DNA of 63,944 nucleotides, from positions 194,804,057-194,868,000 of the forward strand of contig OZ024741.1 of the NCBI GenBank assembly GCA_964016885.1, written 5' to 3'. The stretch comes from Eledone cirrhosa. Lineage: Eukaryota. The notes beneath the pieces are model-generated. The model was not told the DNA's origin, ran no database searches, and saw nothing but the letters and a program-made list of their open reading frames with translations. Of this stretch, positions 36,960 to 50,724 are shown in pieces; positions within the stretch are counted from its first letter, which is position 1; each line of letters starts with the position of its first letter. A program made the position numbers and the translations under genes.

Positions 36960-38270
36960 TCGCAAATTCCTTTGGATGCCTTTACTGTCTCTGCTGCCAC
37001 TTTTCGCGCCTGCTTGTACCGCAAGTGTAAGAAGGAGGATTTATTTCCAAGCCAAGCTTTGTAAACCATTTTCTTCGCTCGGATGGCATCTTTGGTATCT
37101 TGTTTGAACCAAGGGAGTCTCCTGCCAACCGGTGCCACACCAAGCCGCTCCCGCCTGCAGCATTTAACAGTTGAAGTAAAAACTGCTGAGCTGAACAATC
37201 TCCACTGTTTCAACGTCCCCAGTTTGCTCAGGGAATTCTCTGAATTTGGATGCAATAGTATCTGCATACCTGGTTCTGACCTTATCCGTCAGCGCTTCCC
37301 CCTTTATCCTCTAGGTCTGATTGGATCTGCCAGTGTTGTGGGTTTTCTTGGCTTTAAGTAGTTTCAGGCTGCAGATAATCAGATGGTAATAAATTGACAG
37401 CTCAGCTCCTCTCAAACGTGAACATCTGGCACAGAATCGAAGAGATTAGAGACAATAACAAAATCAATTATTGATCTCTGTTCCCGATTTCCCTTTTACC
37501 ACGTGACTTTGTGCTGTAAGAAGGTGTTAATAATAGAGAGTCCATTAATAGAACAGAAGTCTAATAAGACCTCTCCATTCATATTTGGATCGGTATCGCC
37601 TTTCCTTCCAATCACCCCTTTCCATGTCAGGTGGTCAGTGCCAACATGTACATTGAAATCTCCCATTAAAGCTGCAGTGGCTACATCAAGGAACGTTCTG
37701 TATTCAGACTTTCTGTTTGGAGCCAGAAATTGCACAACCCACTGAGACCTTTCTTTCAGCCTAAGCTTCAAGAGGTATATCCTCCCTCTCAATGGGATGC
37801 AGTCCATAGGATATTCTGACAGACGAGGACTTGTGTGTATCTCCATTTCCACATGTACAGTCATTTATGGGGCACATCTGAATAGCGAAGTTTCCATCCT
37901 CCATCCAAATTTACTGTACCAGAGCCCTGAAACTTTGTTAATGAAACCCCGACTATATCTAGCCAGAAACATCTGACCCCCTACAGTAGTTCCTGTTCCT
38001 TGCCTGTAAGGGTTGTAATGTTCTAGTTGTAACTTTTTAGGGTTTGCTCTGTTCTGGAACCTCTTTGGGGTTTCGAAATACACAACCTTTGTGCGTCCAT
38101 CCTATGTCTCTCAGGACAGGATGCAGGCCCATCGCCATTTCTTGCAGCGTTAGGTGGAGACTGCAGCACACTTTTCAAGCAGGCCCATCTATTTAAAGCC
38201 TGAACGCATCCATTGTTTCCCCGCACAAAGAACGATCTGGTATGAATACTTTAATCTCATCTAACCATAT
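36960..38270 (-). mobile_element. RTE-clade (Rex3/Expander-like) LINE, 5' part with APE endonuclease
   Basis: MGDFNVHVGTD..TWKGVIGRKGDTDPNMNGEVLLDFCSINGLSIINTF; SIIDFVIVS; PWFKQDTKDAIRAKKMVYKAWL. Confidence 0.88.
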
Positions 38271-38691
38271 TGCAGTGTTTTGGTGGTCTTATTCATGCCA
38301 CTCACCTATTTGGTACTTTTCTCAAACCCGCAAAGTCTAGGCTTTTTTAGAAGTGGCCCTTACTCGCCTCATCATAGCTACATCACTGGGTTGTGAGCTA
38401 ACAGCATTAATCATTGCACCATCTCTAGTAGTTTACCGCAGTTGGTCGAGGGCTGCCTATTCGTCCGACAGAAGCCAGCTTATATTGCAACTAACCATCA
38501 TATCTTGAGGCCATATTGTTATCCACCACCAAACAACCGGTTCTATAGCAGAACAGCTCGGCTGATTTTGAAAATCATAAATATGCCACCTTCATTCCTA
38601 TTTTTTTTGTCATGTAGATCAGAAAGTCACTCCAGGTAGAGCCGCTACTTCTCCAAATTGAAAGATCACAGCTTCGATACTATGGGCATGT

Positions 38692-38935
38692 AGTTAGAAT
38701 GTCCCAGGAAAGAATCGCTGGACAGATTTTACGGGTAAAACCAACAGGTAGGCGACCCAGGAGTAAACCCCGAGCAAGATGGTTGGATAAAATCCATGAG
38801 CTTGGCTGGTCACGCTTGAGGATCCAATTGGATGAGTTGGAGACAGTTGCTTCTGATAGGACCCACTGGAAGGAGTGTTTGAGGACTCTGACCCCACGAT
38901 CCTTTCAGGAATAAGTGGATGAAGAAGGATAAATA
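38692..38935 (+). mobile_element. RTE-clade (Rex3/Expander-like) LINE 3' end
   Basis: RMSQERIAGQILRVKPTGRRPRSKPRARWLDKIHELGWSRLRI..LETVASDRTHWKECLRTLTPR*. Confidence 0.85.
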
Positions 38936-38989
38936 CAAAGAAGGGATCTTTGTATTTATTGAGCAAAAGTTATATAATGATGGAAATAT

Positions 38990-41760
38990 AAAAGAAAGTA
39001 TAAAAACAAAATTAAGTAATGAAAAAAAAGGGAAGAGCAGATAAGGCTGTATAGGAAAGTAATGTAAAGGACTGTAAATTCCGTAAATGACAGGAAAGGG
39101 AGGGAAAGAGCAAGGACTATTAGGCAATGGAAGAAAGAAAAGGGGAGGGGAGAGGATGACAGACTCTACACCTAGGTCGGACCAGTGTTTCGGTTGCGTA
39201 CCGCGGACAAAATTGCAAAGGCATTTCCGTGGACATTGATCTGCGCCACCCGTTGTAACAGCCAACCCACCTCGCGGGGCTCCTGCCTCAGACGGGCCCC
39301 TGTCGATTCGATTTTACGGAGGAGCTTGGGCGAACTGGGCTTGACGACGTCTGAGGTCTAGACGAAAACCGGTGCAATGAGGAAGCGGCTGAACTAGCCC
39401 CGCTATTTGCTTGTCTTCCTGTCGTCTGCATTGCGGGCCGCAGTACCGGGATTTGTGGCCGAAGCGACAAAGCTGGAGGCGGAGAACGTGGCCCAGAATG
39501 TGGATTTACCTCCTTCGAATAGGAAAAGGGTAATTCCGTCGGGGCACATGCCGTCTCCGTGGTCGAGGCCTGCTGGCTCTAGTTGTGATGGGAAGCCGGT
39601 TGCATCCAGGGTCCTTCTCATTATACCGTTGAGAGCGGTTTGTCGGGGGAACAAGCCTGCGCTCTGGAGGCATGATAGGTAGTGCAGGCCGAACTTGTCA
39701 ATGACAGCTTCACTACGGCATTTGGGGAAATTGTGTTTGGCGGACAGTGCCAGATCCGATGCGGATCGGAGGCCAAGCTACCAGACTTCACAGGAAGCTT
39801 TAATTTTGCCAGCCGGTGCTGTTGAAACTAACATTGCAGATGAGTTCCGTACATCGTCAGATGGTGACATGAAGTTCACCGAGGCGATCTGCGTAAGGGT
39901 GACAATGTCCCCTGCGCAGCGTGAACAATAATTTTGGAAGGGAAAAGCTGTTCCTTAGGAGGAAGAGCGCCAGGTGCGCGTCAATGAGGTGTAGCCTCTC
40001 CACCATTCTCAACATGTCTGCGTGCTTAATCTCCAAGCATTCTCGAATGGCTTTCAAGAGAATTAGAGAGCCGAGAATGCAGGCGGCGTCTTTGAGCGTT
40101 AACCGAGCCCCGGACAGGATGGATGCTGAGTACAGCGTCGTGGAATTCAACCTCACTGTAGCTAACATTTTTCTCCTCGGACTTAGATGGATTGATTTCG
40201 TGTCCGAGGAGCTTTTGAGCTGGGATGGTTAACCGAAGGTCCTCAACTACCGATTCATGGTCGCATCGTCAAGGTACCAGATTTGAAGGGAGATCAGGCA
40301 GAGTGGGAAGCGTCATTGACTACCAGCGCCAAGAGGAGCGGACTGAGTGGGTCTTCTTGCTGAACATTCGTAGCGGAAGTGACTTTGTTGTCAGCGGCCA
40401 TGAATGTGCCGTGTCTTCCGTACGGGGAGGAAAATTGAGGGGGCTCGTCTGAGACACTTTTCTAAGACGCGATCCCGCCTAACGCTGTTGAAAGCGTTTT
40501 TCATTTCCAACTTCACAAGGAAGTGGGATGCCGAAGGAGGTATGAGCTCTATAAATTGTCTGGCCGCATGAGCTTCTGCCTCACATCTACACTTCACCCC
40601 CACTCCGAGCTGGACAGGGCTTAGCGCCTCACTCAGGTAATCTTTGACTGACTTTTGTCTGCAAGTCGTCGAAATACGTTGCCCACTGCGATGGGACGGA
40701 CGCTTCCGTCATTCTTCCTCAGAGCGATCAGATTGACCGAGAAGAAAGGATCGCGGGTATGGCAGAGAAAGTTGGCACATAGAAAACAATTGGTGAGGGC
40801 TGTGATCAACTGGAGCAATCGTACCCCTTCTTCAGCGTGTTGTGAGATAAGGTCTCTGAGGTGGCAGGGACGCAGGCCGTTCACACCGCCACTCTTGCTC
40901 CATTGGAAGGATCTCAGGGCAGCTATTACGTCCTCACATGACATGGCCAAAGAAAGGTTACTGCCCGTGTTTTGGACGTCCCTGATGTCGACTGGGGTGT
41001 CCGGTCGTTTATGAGGAAGTACTACTAGGACATCAGATGCGGGCGACCGTGCCGCTCGAGACGATACACCTTCACAGCCGAAACGTCGCCCTCAATTAGT
41101 TTGAGGTTTACTCTGTCGCGGAGACATTTCGTGCAGTCGGAAGGGGACTGCATGCGCTGAATCGGTGCTGGTGAGCAACACGAGAAAGCCGAGAGGCTCG
41201 CAGGCGAAAGGTCACAGAAGGAAGTGTTGTTGCCCTTGAGCCTCGAAGTAAAGGAAGGTCCCTATCTCTTCCCCACCGTCGGGTTCCCCGCCATCGGGAT
41301 GCTGAGTGCAGAGGTCGCAAAACTGAACAGCTTTGTTCAGTCTTGCGAGTTACCCGAGTCAAGCGCTCGATCGATAGACGACGCTAGCGCTTCGTCCGCG
41401 AGAATACAGGCAGCTTTGGGGATGAATCTCTGCGCCTGCCTGAGGCGGGGTATAGCCACCAGGTTTATTCCAGGCCGAGCAGGTTCGGGTCCTCGTTGAG
41501 CCGGGCACCTGTGTCCACATTTACCGTTGAGGGGGGGGGGGGGTAGGTAGGGGTAGGCATTGCGGGCAGTGCCATCGGTGCAGGGATTCCGACACGTGCC
41601 GAATGAGTTTGACGTAAGAAAAGTGGAAGAAACTGTTACTGTTGGTGTAGTTCCTTCTTTCTTGTGCCTGTTGCGCGTGATGTGCGAGTGGCACTGATCT
41701 GCATCCCGCGGGGTGGAACGCTGAGGCGGGTGTTTTAACTGAGATGCCGGAGGTAGAAGC
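38990..41760 (-). mobile_element. CRE-clade non-LTR retrotransposon, near full length, decayed
   Basis: SGGVNGLRPCHLRDL; LIALRKNDGSVRPIAVGNVFRRLA; LVKLEMKNAFNSVRRD; VQQEDPLSPLL; WYLDDAT; ALFLLRNSFSLPKL; RLE-type EPAGLDHGDGMCPDGITLF; pyrimidine-rich 3' UTR. Confidence 0.88.
41650..41747 (-). ncRNA. Candidate HDV/CPEB3-like ribozyme at the CRE 5' end (P2 decayed)
   Basis: Reverse complement: P1 GCATCTC/GGGATGC (7 bp, G1-C), P3 GCG/CGC, L3 TTCCACCC, P4 GTGCC/GGCAC. The 3' strand of P2 pairs poorly. Confidence 0.4.
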
Positions 41761-42744
41761 AGAACATTGTAATTTAGGGAGAGTATGGGGTGCTTGGTAG
41801 ATATGTAAAGGGATAGAGAAAGGGAAAAGTAGAAAGAGAGTGATGGAAATGAATAAGAGGATAGGTGTGTGGAGGGATACAAAGAGAGAAGAGGAACAGA
41901 TAGGGAGTGTAAGTGAGAGAAGGAGGTAAATAGATAGGTGGATGGGTTCCATAAGGGGAGAGAACAAGAGAAAAATGTATGGACCTAAATTTGATAGGCA
42001 ACATTTATAGAAATGAGAAAAAAAAGGGGGGGGGAGAAACCTCCACAAAGAAACTTGTTTTACCTTTAGAAAATCAGATACCTAAATACGTGACGAAATG
42101 AAAGAAAGAGGGGGAAAGAGAACAAGTAAAATAAAATATAAGGGGGGGGGGGGGGTCAGAAAGAAGGAATGAAAAAATTGAACAAATGAATAAATAATTA
42201 AATAAATGAATGAAAATAAAAATAATACAGGAAATAAAAAAATATATTGTTACAGTGTGCAATGCTTGACTTAAAGGCAAAATCAAAGATAGAGTTCGAT
42301 ACTTTTAAAAAATTGTTTATCTCTTCTCCCCTCCTTACCCCGCCCGATCACTCACGGCATTCCAATCGAACGGTTATCAAGCTACACCACGTGCTGGAAG
42401 ATTTCCTTTGGGCGGAAATTATGGGTAAAGAATAACAGAATTAGGGAGCTCAACCATCAGCTTCTTTCACATTTAACTGCAATGACAAAGTTCAGACTAA
42501 TTACAATTTCATGAATTCTTACGAATCAGGTTTTTCTTGTTTCTTTTTCCTTTGCTTTTCCTTTTTCGGGGGAGTGGGGGGGGGGGGGGGGTGTCTGATA
42601 TATAAGAATTTGAGGATGAAGGGGGAAAAGGGAGGGACGAAAAGAGAGAGGAAGAAAGAAAAAAAAAAGGAGTAAAAATCCGTGAAATCATAAAACTGAC
42701 ACCACTTAAACCAGTGTATGATTATGGTGATAAATCCGTATTAT

Positions 42745-43915
42745 AAGTGGTGGATTGGCAGTATCGGTAGAGCGCCAGACACCATGCGTTGCAGCACAGA
42801 GTTATGGCCCTTTACGTTCTGAGTTCAAATCCCACCGAGGTTAACTTTGCCTTTCATCCTTACGGGGTTGATAAAATAAAGTACCAGTAATGCAGTGGGA
42901 CAATTGCTGGCCTTGTGCCGAAAGTAGAAACAATTAACAGTAGCAAGATTATCGTCAAGAAGTTAGATATATGTTTTTTCGCCAAAGCATTTCGATTAAA
43001 GTCATGTCTTATTATCAGACGTAGATTATTGGCTTGAAACTATAGGTATATTTGGCAGTGTGGTTTGAGGAAATCTAGCTGCTATGTTTTAGCAAATTAA
43101 GTAGCCCCTTAGATGTATCATTTAATGTTGGCTCGTACAACAAATGAAACGAATGTGTGTAGTTGTTCGTGAATAAATTGGCCGGGCAAGGAAGCACTGT
43201 TTTTGTGGCATACAATACCCACGCGCCCTTTTCCTTAAAATCGTGCACATTAAGTCATTACTTTTCACCCAGAACTATAGTAAATGATGGAATGTTGTTT
43301 TTAGTGTTGTTTGTATTGTTTTTCTCATTCAAATTAATGGTTCCAACGTAATTTTTTGTGTCCTCACTGTGTTTTGTTTTTTCGTTTCAAAATAATGCGA
43401 AGCAGTGTTTGTTTACTGTATTACTGCCACCATTGTGGTGAACATCTCATCTTATATTTCCTGTGGTCATCTTACAATCCTTGTAAATATTTCAAATGGT
43501 TATTTGTCAAAAATCTATAAACAATTTAGAATGTCTAATTACAAACATTTCCTCTACTCCAGCTAAATAGGTAGACGTCCAAGAGTTCGGAAACATTTGG
43601 TGATAAACATTTGAAGAAAAAACAACAAAATATATTTAAAAAAAAAAAAAAAAATAGCAACAACATTAATTTTCTTTTTTTGATTAGTACAACTATAATA
43701 ATATTGGTTTCTGATTTAGGCCCAAAGCCAACAATTTTGGGGGAAGGAAAAGTCGATTAAATCGATCCAATGCGTTGCTTTATTTTGTCGACTCTTTAAG
43801 GATGACAGGCAAAGCTAACCTCGGCGCGATTTTAACTCAGAACGTAGAAAGTCGTAATTATATGCCGCAAAGCATGTTGCCCGACAAACAACTAATACTA
43901 CTAATTCACCGCCTT
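42745..43915. mobile_element. Family-A SINE copies (42745-42935 +, 43705-43915 -)
   Basis: A/B boxes, central domain and tail as in 9628-9816. Confidence 0.85.
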
Positions 43916-44440
43916 ACAACTATAAAAATAATAATGGCACCAACAACAGACAGCATTAGAAAAAACAATTATCATTAAATAGTCAAACGGTTCCATAGAA
44001 ATTAAATTTAGATTGTCGACATCGTCATTATTATGTCCTTCAAACCGATTAGTATTTTCGTAGCAATTAGATGTTAATTCAAGCAAGAGTGAACGAACTT
44101 TCACATTTATTCTGTAGAAACCACCTATTATCATGTTCGTTTATTTCTATTGTATTAGATTACATTGTTTAGAATTATGTCTCATTGTTATCGTTAGAGG
44201 GGAATAAGAATTCATCTGCTGAAGTCAACTTTGCTTTTGGGGTTGATAACTAAAGTGTATGTATGTATGTATGTATGTTGCTATCGTGTGTGCGTGTGTG
44301 TGTATATATATATGTATATGTATATTATTATTGTTGTTGTTATTATTATTGTTGTTATTATTATTATTATTATTGTTATTAATGTATATGTGTGTGTGTC
44401 TATGTGTGTGTATATGTGTATATGTATATGTGTATATATA

Positions 44441-44488
<48 letters not shown>

Positions 44489-44579
44489 CTTTTAAAAAAA
44501 TTTTAATTTTATTTTTTATTTATTTATTTTATTTTATTTTATTTTATTTTATTTTTATTTATTTTTATTTTTTTTCTCC

Positions 44580-44805
44580 TCGTGCAATGGCCATACTCGA
44601 TAACGAGGGGGCAGCAATCATGTATGTATGTATGTATGTATGTATGTATGTATGTATGTATGTATGTATGTATGTATGCGCGCGCGCGTGTGTGTGTGTA
44701 GATCTCGAGTTGTATCGGAGGTAACCACAGTAAGTAAGGTACTCAATACATATGTAGAGCGACGATAGAGGTTTATATAGAAAAGGCTTCTACAGGACTA
44801 GAACT
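44580..44805. mobile_element. RTE-element 3' tail plus (TATG)n (44580-44677 +) and a truncated pLTR fragment (44705-44805 -)
   Basis: CGTGCAATGGCCATACTCGATAACGAGGGG matches 4993-5022. GAGGTAACCACAGTAAGTAAGGTACTCAATACA..TTCTACAGGACTAGAACT is the reverse complement of 59752-59835. Confidence 0.75.
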
Positions 44806-44969
44806 AGGGAGACAACTCAAGTTAGACTGTTGAGGGAGATAATAGAGTTAGTTCATTCCGGGTAAAAATCTATCCAGGGTCTTTGTAATTACGTAACATG
44901 TATTTCACAGCGTGAGGGCAGCGATTAAAATAATCGGCTATTTATTCGTTCATTGATACACAACCACTA

Positions 44970-46230
44970 ACTTGCCAGCTTTAGAACTGCTTCACCCTCC
45001 CCAAATTTTTGTTCACGCTGCGCGGTGCACCCTGTCACTCACACACGGATATCTCGGTGAACTCGACGCCACCATCCGACGCTGTGCCGAACTCATCTGC
45101 AATTTTAGTTTCGACAACGCCGGCTGGTTTCAGGGGAACCTTCCAGCCTACCTTTCCTCAATCTCCTCTAGTCACACTCTCGTCAGCGAGGTCCTCAGCA
45201 AGACGGCCAAACCTGATGTTACCCCAGAGTTCGAGCAGGCTCTGGCCTACTGGACAGGTGAAGGCTTCTCTGTCCACCAATATAAAAATGTCCAACGTAA
45301 ATGGGACGACATCAAATGCAGATCTTCCTTCGGGCTGATCGAGCCTGGCTTGGGCCAACACCGCATCGACTGCCTCCGCTCCGCCTCAAGCCAAACAGTG
45401 GTGCGTGGCTCGATTCGGTGCCCTCCTCATTAACCGGTACCCTTCTTGATGAATGCACTCGCATCGGAGTGGCCCAACACCCCAGCCTCTGCCTGTGTGA
45501 GCCACATAAATGTTGTTGTGGGGCGGTCGTTGATAAGTTTGGCCTGCACTCACTGTCTTGCCGCCAGAATGCAGGTCGGATCCCCCGACATGCCACTCTA
45601 AACAACATATTGAGAAGGGACCTGGATGCAGCTGGCTTTCCACCACAACTGGAGCCAGCATGCTTCGACCGATGGAATTACCCTCTTCTCATTTGAAGGA
45701 GGTAGATCCCTCATTTGGGACATCATATGTTGTGACATGTTCTCCGCCTCCAACTCAGTTGCTTCGACCACAAACCCCGGTACTGCGACCCACAATACAG
45801 AGGAAAGGAAGACAAATAAATACTGGGAATTGTCCGCTTGCTTCCTTTTCACACGGGTCGCCGTCGAGACTTTAGATGTACTCGGACCCCGTACTGCCGA
45901 GCTCCTCCGAAAATCGGAAAGTCAGCAGCCCGACTGAGGAAGGAGCCCCGTGAGGTGGAGGAGCTGTTGCAGAGATTGTGTTGACCATTGTCCGCGGAAA
46001 TGCTTTCGGAGTCTTGTCCACGGGGGCAGCCCCAACACCTCCACACCTTAGGCCCAGAGCCTATCACCCTCACCCTTACCCTCCCTTTCTTCTGTCGCTC
46101 TACAGTCCTTGCTTTCCCCCTCATTTTCCTCACATTTATGGCTTTCATAGTCCTTTCCTCTACTTTCCCATACAACCAGATCTGCCCTTCCTTACACCGT
46201 CCCCATTTTCTATTATTTTGTGATACATAT
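44970..46230 (+). mobile_element. CRE-clade retrotransposon, 3' part
   Basis: SGAWLDSVPSSLTGTLLD..CEPHKCCCGAVVDKFGLHSLSC..GRIPRHATLN..PQLEP; DGITLFSFEGGRSLIWD. The 3' UTR matches the reverse complement of 39030-39170. Confidence 0.88.
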
Positions 46231-46299
46231 GTGATTTTAGAAAGTTTTTATCTATTATATTGGAATATATAAAAGGCAATTTAGATTTAATGTTATTGT

Positions 46300-47340
46300 G
46301 CGGAGGATTATACCACAGGTAAAATTTTGTCCTTGTTCTTTTAGGAATATTACTATGATGGGATCCTATCCGGGATTTACCACGTATTATTTTAATTTTA
46401 TTATCCGTATTTCCAGTTGTACTTCCGGAATAACTGTTTGGTCTAAGTTTGTTTGTGAATTTGGGGTTTTATTACCAGGGTAGTGTCTAGAATACCTCTA
46501 TTCCTAGGTTTCATTCAGGTACTCCATCTTAGTTTTATATCCTGCTCTTCTATAGTATTCAGCGTGTTCCTTAAATATATCTAAAGAGGCTGAGAGTCAG
46601 GAAATTCTAAGTTACACGTTCCTAACTATATAATTTATTAATGAATTTGGGTGGTTAGAATAACAACTAATACAAGATAGATCCTCATTATTCTAATGAT
46701 GTGATACAACTAGACTAGAATTAAGATTTAACGTTATGTCTAAGGAGTTGGCCAGTCTAAAGTTATGCCCGAACGTTATTTTTAAGCTTATCTAATTGAA
46801 GTATGATCTAATATGTTTACGCTTTCTTTCTAATAGCTGACCATTTGTATTCTTAACTAACAGAAGAGAATCGTCTCTGTATATGCCTCCCTGAAGATCG
46901 TTAAGTTCATTATGAAGTATATGCACTATGTAGATGCCAACTATATCTGTAACTTGTGCCGAATCACCCGATCCCATGATAATGACAAAATTATTAATTC
47001 TATCACTACGTACCCAGTACACACTCTCAAACATTATAACTGATCGTCTTGCTGCTCTCACTATATTAACTTTTTCCCTAGTTATATCTGAGATTTCATA
47101 GCGAAAGCGAGAGCTTTGTTAAGGAGAATAGGTGTTGTAGTTGAGTAGTAATCATTGATATTGAATTGCATAAATTTAGATACAACCTTATCTTCTAAGT
47201 TAGTAAACCAGTCGATGACTTAACCTGTGTTTCCCCATAGCTTAATTGCTAGTCTGTCTTTTATTTGCACTATTACTCTTTCTAATATATATTTGCATAT
47301 GTGACCTACATCAGACTTAGAGGGCAATATCTAATGATTG
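46300..47340 (-). mobile_element. Penelope-like RT relic (YRDD type)
   Basis: FVIIMGSGDSAQVTDIVGIY..GGIYRDDSLLLVKNTNGQLLERKRKHI; LANSLDITLNL; YSNHP. Confidence 0.8.
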
Positions 47341-48079
47341 GAGAACTGTGAGACTGTGTCAGGGATATTTCTTCTGAACACCTTATTAAAATAAGTTGGA
47401 TTACTTTGAATAAATCATGAATGAATATTATGTAATTTATCTACTAAATTTCGCAGCTCTTGATCAAACATAAATATTCTTATAAATAATGTATTGCTTC
47501 AAAAACGTTCAAATGTCAACACTTCCGGTTATACCATAATACTTTGCCGTATCACATCGCTTACATAAACGTTCATATATGTGCATCGTTATATTACGTT
47601 TATATTTCCGTCAATAATTTTCTCCTATTTCGTTTTCATAACATTTTGCCGTAATACAATTTATACATAATATCGTCTTTTTTGAATGTATCATGGATTA
47701 CTTTACTGATTTCAGAAGATTGTGTAACACAGTCTCTCTTCAATTTCTGTGCATATTGAAAATTAGGATTTTATTTGACGTATCATATTTACATACATAT
47801 ATATTTGCATATAATATCAATATGCACACTACAAATGCTAGCAGAAAACCACACTTTGGGTGGTTTTTTGCTAGTTAATCCAATGGAGAGGTTAGAATCG
47901 AAATTACTCTTATGGCCCTTACTCTTATGGTCGAATTATCTCGTTTGGTAAATCCTGCAGTAGTTCAGAACCTAAATGCTACTATAATTCTCTCTCTCTC
48001 TCACTATATATATATCGACAGTCGATCGACTTTCTTCAAATAGTACTAGTGCTACTGAAGTCATTTTTTAAAAATTAAC

Positions 48080-48745
48080 GTTCAAGTGGCTGAGCATTCC
48101 GCAGAATCAGTGTGACAAGGTTTTCCCTTTGAATTACAAGTACAACTCAGCTTTTCCTTCTGAATATATTGGAGCAACGTGAAATAAAGTGTCCTCTTCA
48201 AGGACACAACGTGAGATCGGAAATCGAACTCATGACCTTCATTTAACTAATCTTAATCCTTTAAGGGTGGAAAATAAAGAAAACATACCGCGTGTAAAGT
48301 TTTAATGGTATCAAGTATCAGGAAGTGAAATGACGACAGAAAACAATTTGATACAATACAGTGAAAATGTGCTATTTTATTTGTATTACCGACAATGAAA
48401 ATGGAAACTAAGCAGTGATGATAATGTTGGTGGTGAAGGTAATGATGATGATGATGATGACGATGATGATGATAATGACAATGGTGATAACGATGATGAT
48501 GATGATGACAACGACGACGACGACAATGACGACGACAATGATGATGATGATGATGCTCATGATGGTAATTGTTTCTACTTTTGGCACAAGTCCAGCAATA
48601 ACCCAGTGTATTACAGGTACTTTATTTTATCGACCCCGTAAGGATGAAAGGCAAAGTTAACCTCGACGGGATTTGAACTCAGTCTGTAAAGGGCCGTAAC
48701 TCTTTGCTGCAAAGCATGGCGTCCGACCCTCTACCGATACTGCCA
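48080..48745 (-). mobile_element. Family-B SINE relic (48080-48240), (ATG/ACG)n tract (48415-48565) and family-A SINE (48567-48745)
   Basis: Matches to both SINE families; trinucleotide microsatellite. Confidence 0.85.
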
Positions 48746-48854
48746 GTGTGTAGAAGTCATATATATTTATACAGAGAAGATAATGTTCATGATGATAATG
48801 AAGTTCAAATATTACTAGTCTTACAATCAAGAATACAAAATCCCGACCCATGCC

Positions 48855-50020
48855 ATAAGTGCAGTAAATTCCCGAGCTGTGTCTATTATTAGGTACAGTG
48901 CAGGAATTCTGAGATGGAATGTTGCTGAACAAAAAGAAATGGATAGGAAGACTAGGAAGCTATTGACTATCTACAACATGTTCCACAAGAGGAGTGATGT
49001 CGATAGACTCTACTTAAGGAGATCTGAAGGTGGAAGAGGTCTTATCAGCATAGAGGACTGTGTTAAGATGGAGAAAAACAACCTACACAAATACGGGACC
49101 GATAGTAAGGAGCCAATGCTCAGAATTGTACTGAAGGAGAGGATAATAGACCAGGGGATGTCCAAGGAGGAAATAACAACAAGGAGAAAGAGCAACCTTC
49201 ATGAAAAATCCCTTCATTGAGAAAACTGAATTCAGAGATCCACAGACATGGAACTGGTTGAGAAGAGGAGACCTTAAAAAGGCTACAGAGGGAATGCTAA
49301 TGGCTGCGCAAGAGCAGGCCCTCAAAACGAAGTGACTGAAACACCATATTTACAAGGAGGAGGCTAGTCCACCGTGCAGGATCTGTGGAGAGAGGAGACT
49401 GTGGCTCATATTGTATCCAAGTATAAACACCTAGCCCAGACTCACTATAAGGGCTGGAGACATGATGTGATGGGCAGGGTGATCCACTGGCACCTATGCA
49501 AAGTAAACAATTTACCACATTCTGAGAAGTGGTATGAGCATAAGCCAGAGGCGGTGATAGAAAACGATCAGGTGAAGGTGCTATGGGATTTTAGGATACA
49601 GACGGACAAGAAACTGGAACACAATAGACCTGACTTGGTGGTTTTAGACAAGGAAAAAAGATCGTGCCTGATTGTGGATGTGGCCTGCCCATTCGACACG
49701 AGAGTGCAAGAGAAGGAGAGGGAGAAAATTAACCGATACCAGGACTTAAAGTGGGAGGTAAAATGAATTTGGAACTGCCATGAAGTCAAAGTGGTCCCGA
49801 TTGTCATAGGCGCACTAGGTACTATCTCAAAGAGTTTCCAAGGATGGTTAAGGGAAATTGGCCCCGCCCCGCTTTTTGGAACACTTCAAAAGGCATGCTT
49901 GCTGGGAACAGCAAGAACCCTCCGATACGTCCTGAATATCTGAGGCTGCAGGTAGTGGCTTGATATTCATTTCAACAAACTTTCCAGTTAACTAACATCA
50001 ATGACTGAGACTCAAAGAAC

Positions 50021-50050
<30 letters not shown>
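48855..50050 (+). mobile_element. R4/Dong-like RLE non-LTR retrotransposon, 3' part, ending in (AAT)n
   Basis: YSAGILRW..DRKTRKLLT..DVDRLYLRRSEGGRGL; AAQEQAL; CRICGE..ETVAHIVS; RHD; VLWDFRIQTD..HNRPDLVV..IVDVACPFD..EKINRYQDL; VVPIVIGALG; (AAT)n tail. Confidence 0.92.
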
Positions 50051-50052
<2 letters not shown>

Positions 50053-50061
50053 GAAGAAGAA

Positions 50062-50702
50062 TGGTTTCTTATATAGGCACAAGGCCAGTAATTTGGGGGG
50101 AGGGGAAAGTCGATTAAATCGAACCCAGTGCGTGACTGGTACTTTATTTTATCGACCCCATAAGGATGAAAGGCAAAGTTAACCTCGGCGGGATTTCAAC
50201 TCAGAATAGCAAAGGTAATAATAATAATAATAATGCTTTCTTTATTAACTACAAGGGTTTACACAAAGTAGACATTAAGGACAGTACAGGACAATACAGT
50301 ACGTTACAAATGGGGATTTCTGCGTGTAAAAAAACAAAAATAGAGGATGTAACAAAAAAAAGAACAATGAAAAATTCCCCAATAGGGGGAGACTTAAGAG
50401 GACCATCGTGGTGAAAGCCCATTAAAAAAGCCACGGTGACCCTGACCACCAGGGCAAGTGCCTTCTCCCAGTTTTCCACCTTCAATTTACAGGCATATAC
50501 TCAGAGTAGGCCCATTTAATAATAATAATTGTTTCTACTTTTGGCACAAGGCCCGCAATTACCCAGTGCATTACTGGTACTTTATTTTATCGACCCCGTA
50601 AGGATGAAAGGCAAAGTTAACCTCGGAGGGATTTGAACTCAGAATGGCAAGGGTCAAAGCATGGCGTCCAACCCTCTACTGATACTGCCAATCGACCGCC
50701 AT
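50062..50702 (-). mobile_element. Family-A SINEs (50062-50205, 50528-50702) flanking an L1/Tx1 3' fragment (50232-50515), all in (AAT)n
   Basis: SINE motifs; 50232-50515 is homologous to 50725-51005. Confidence 0.85.
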
Positions 50703-50724
50703 TATAATGATAATAATAATAATA

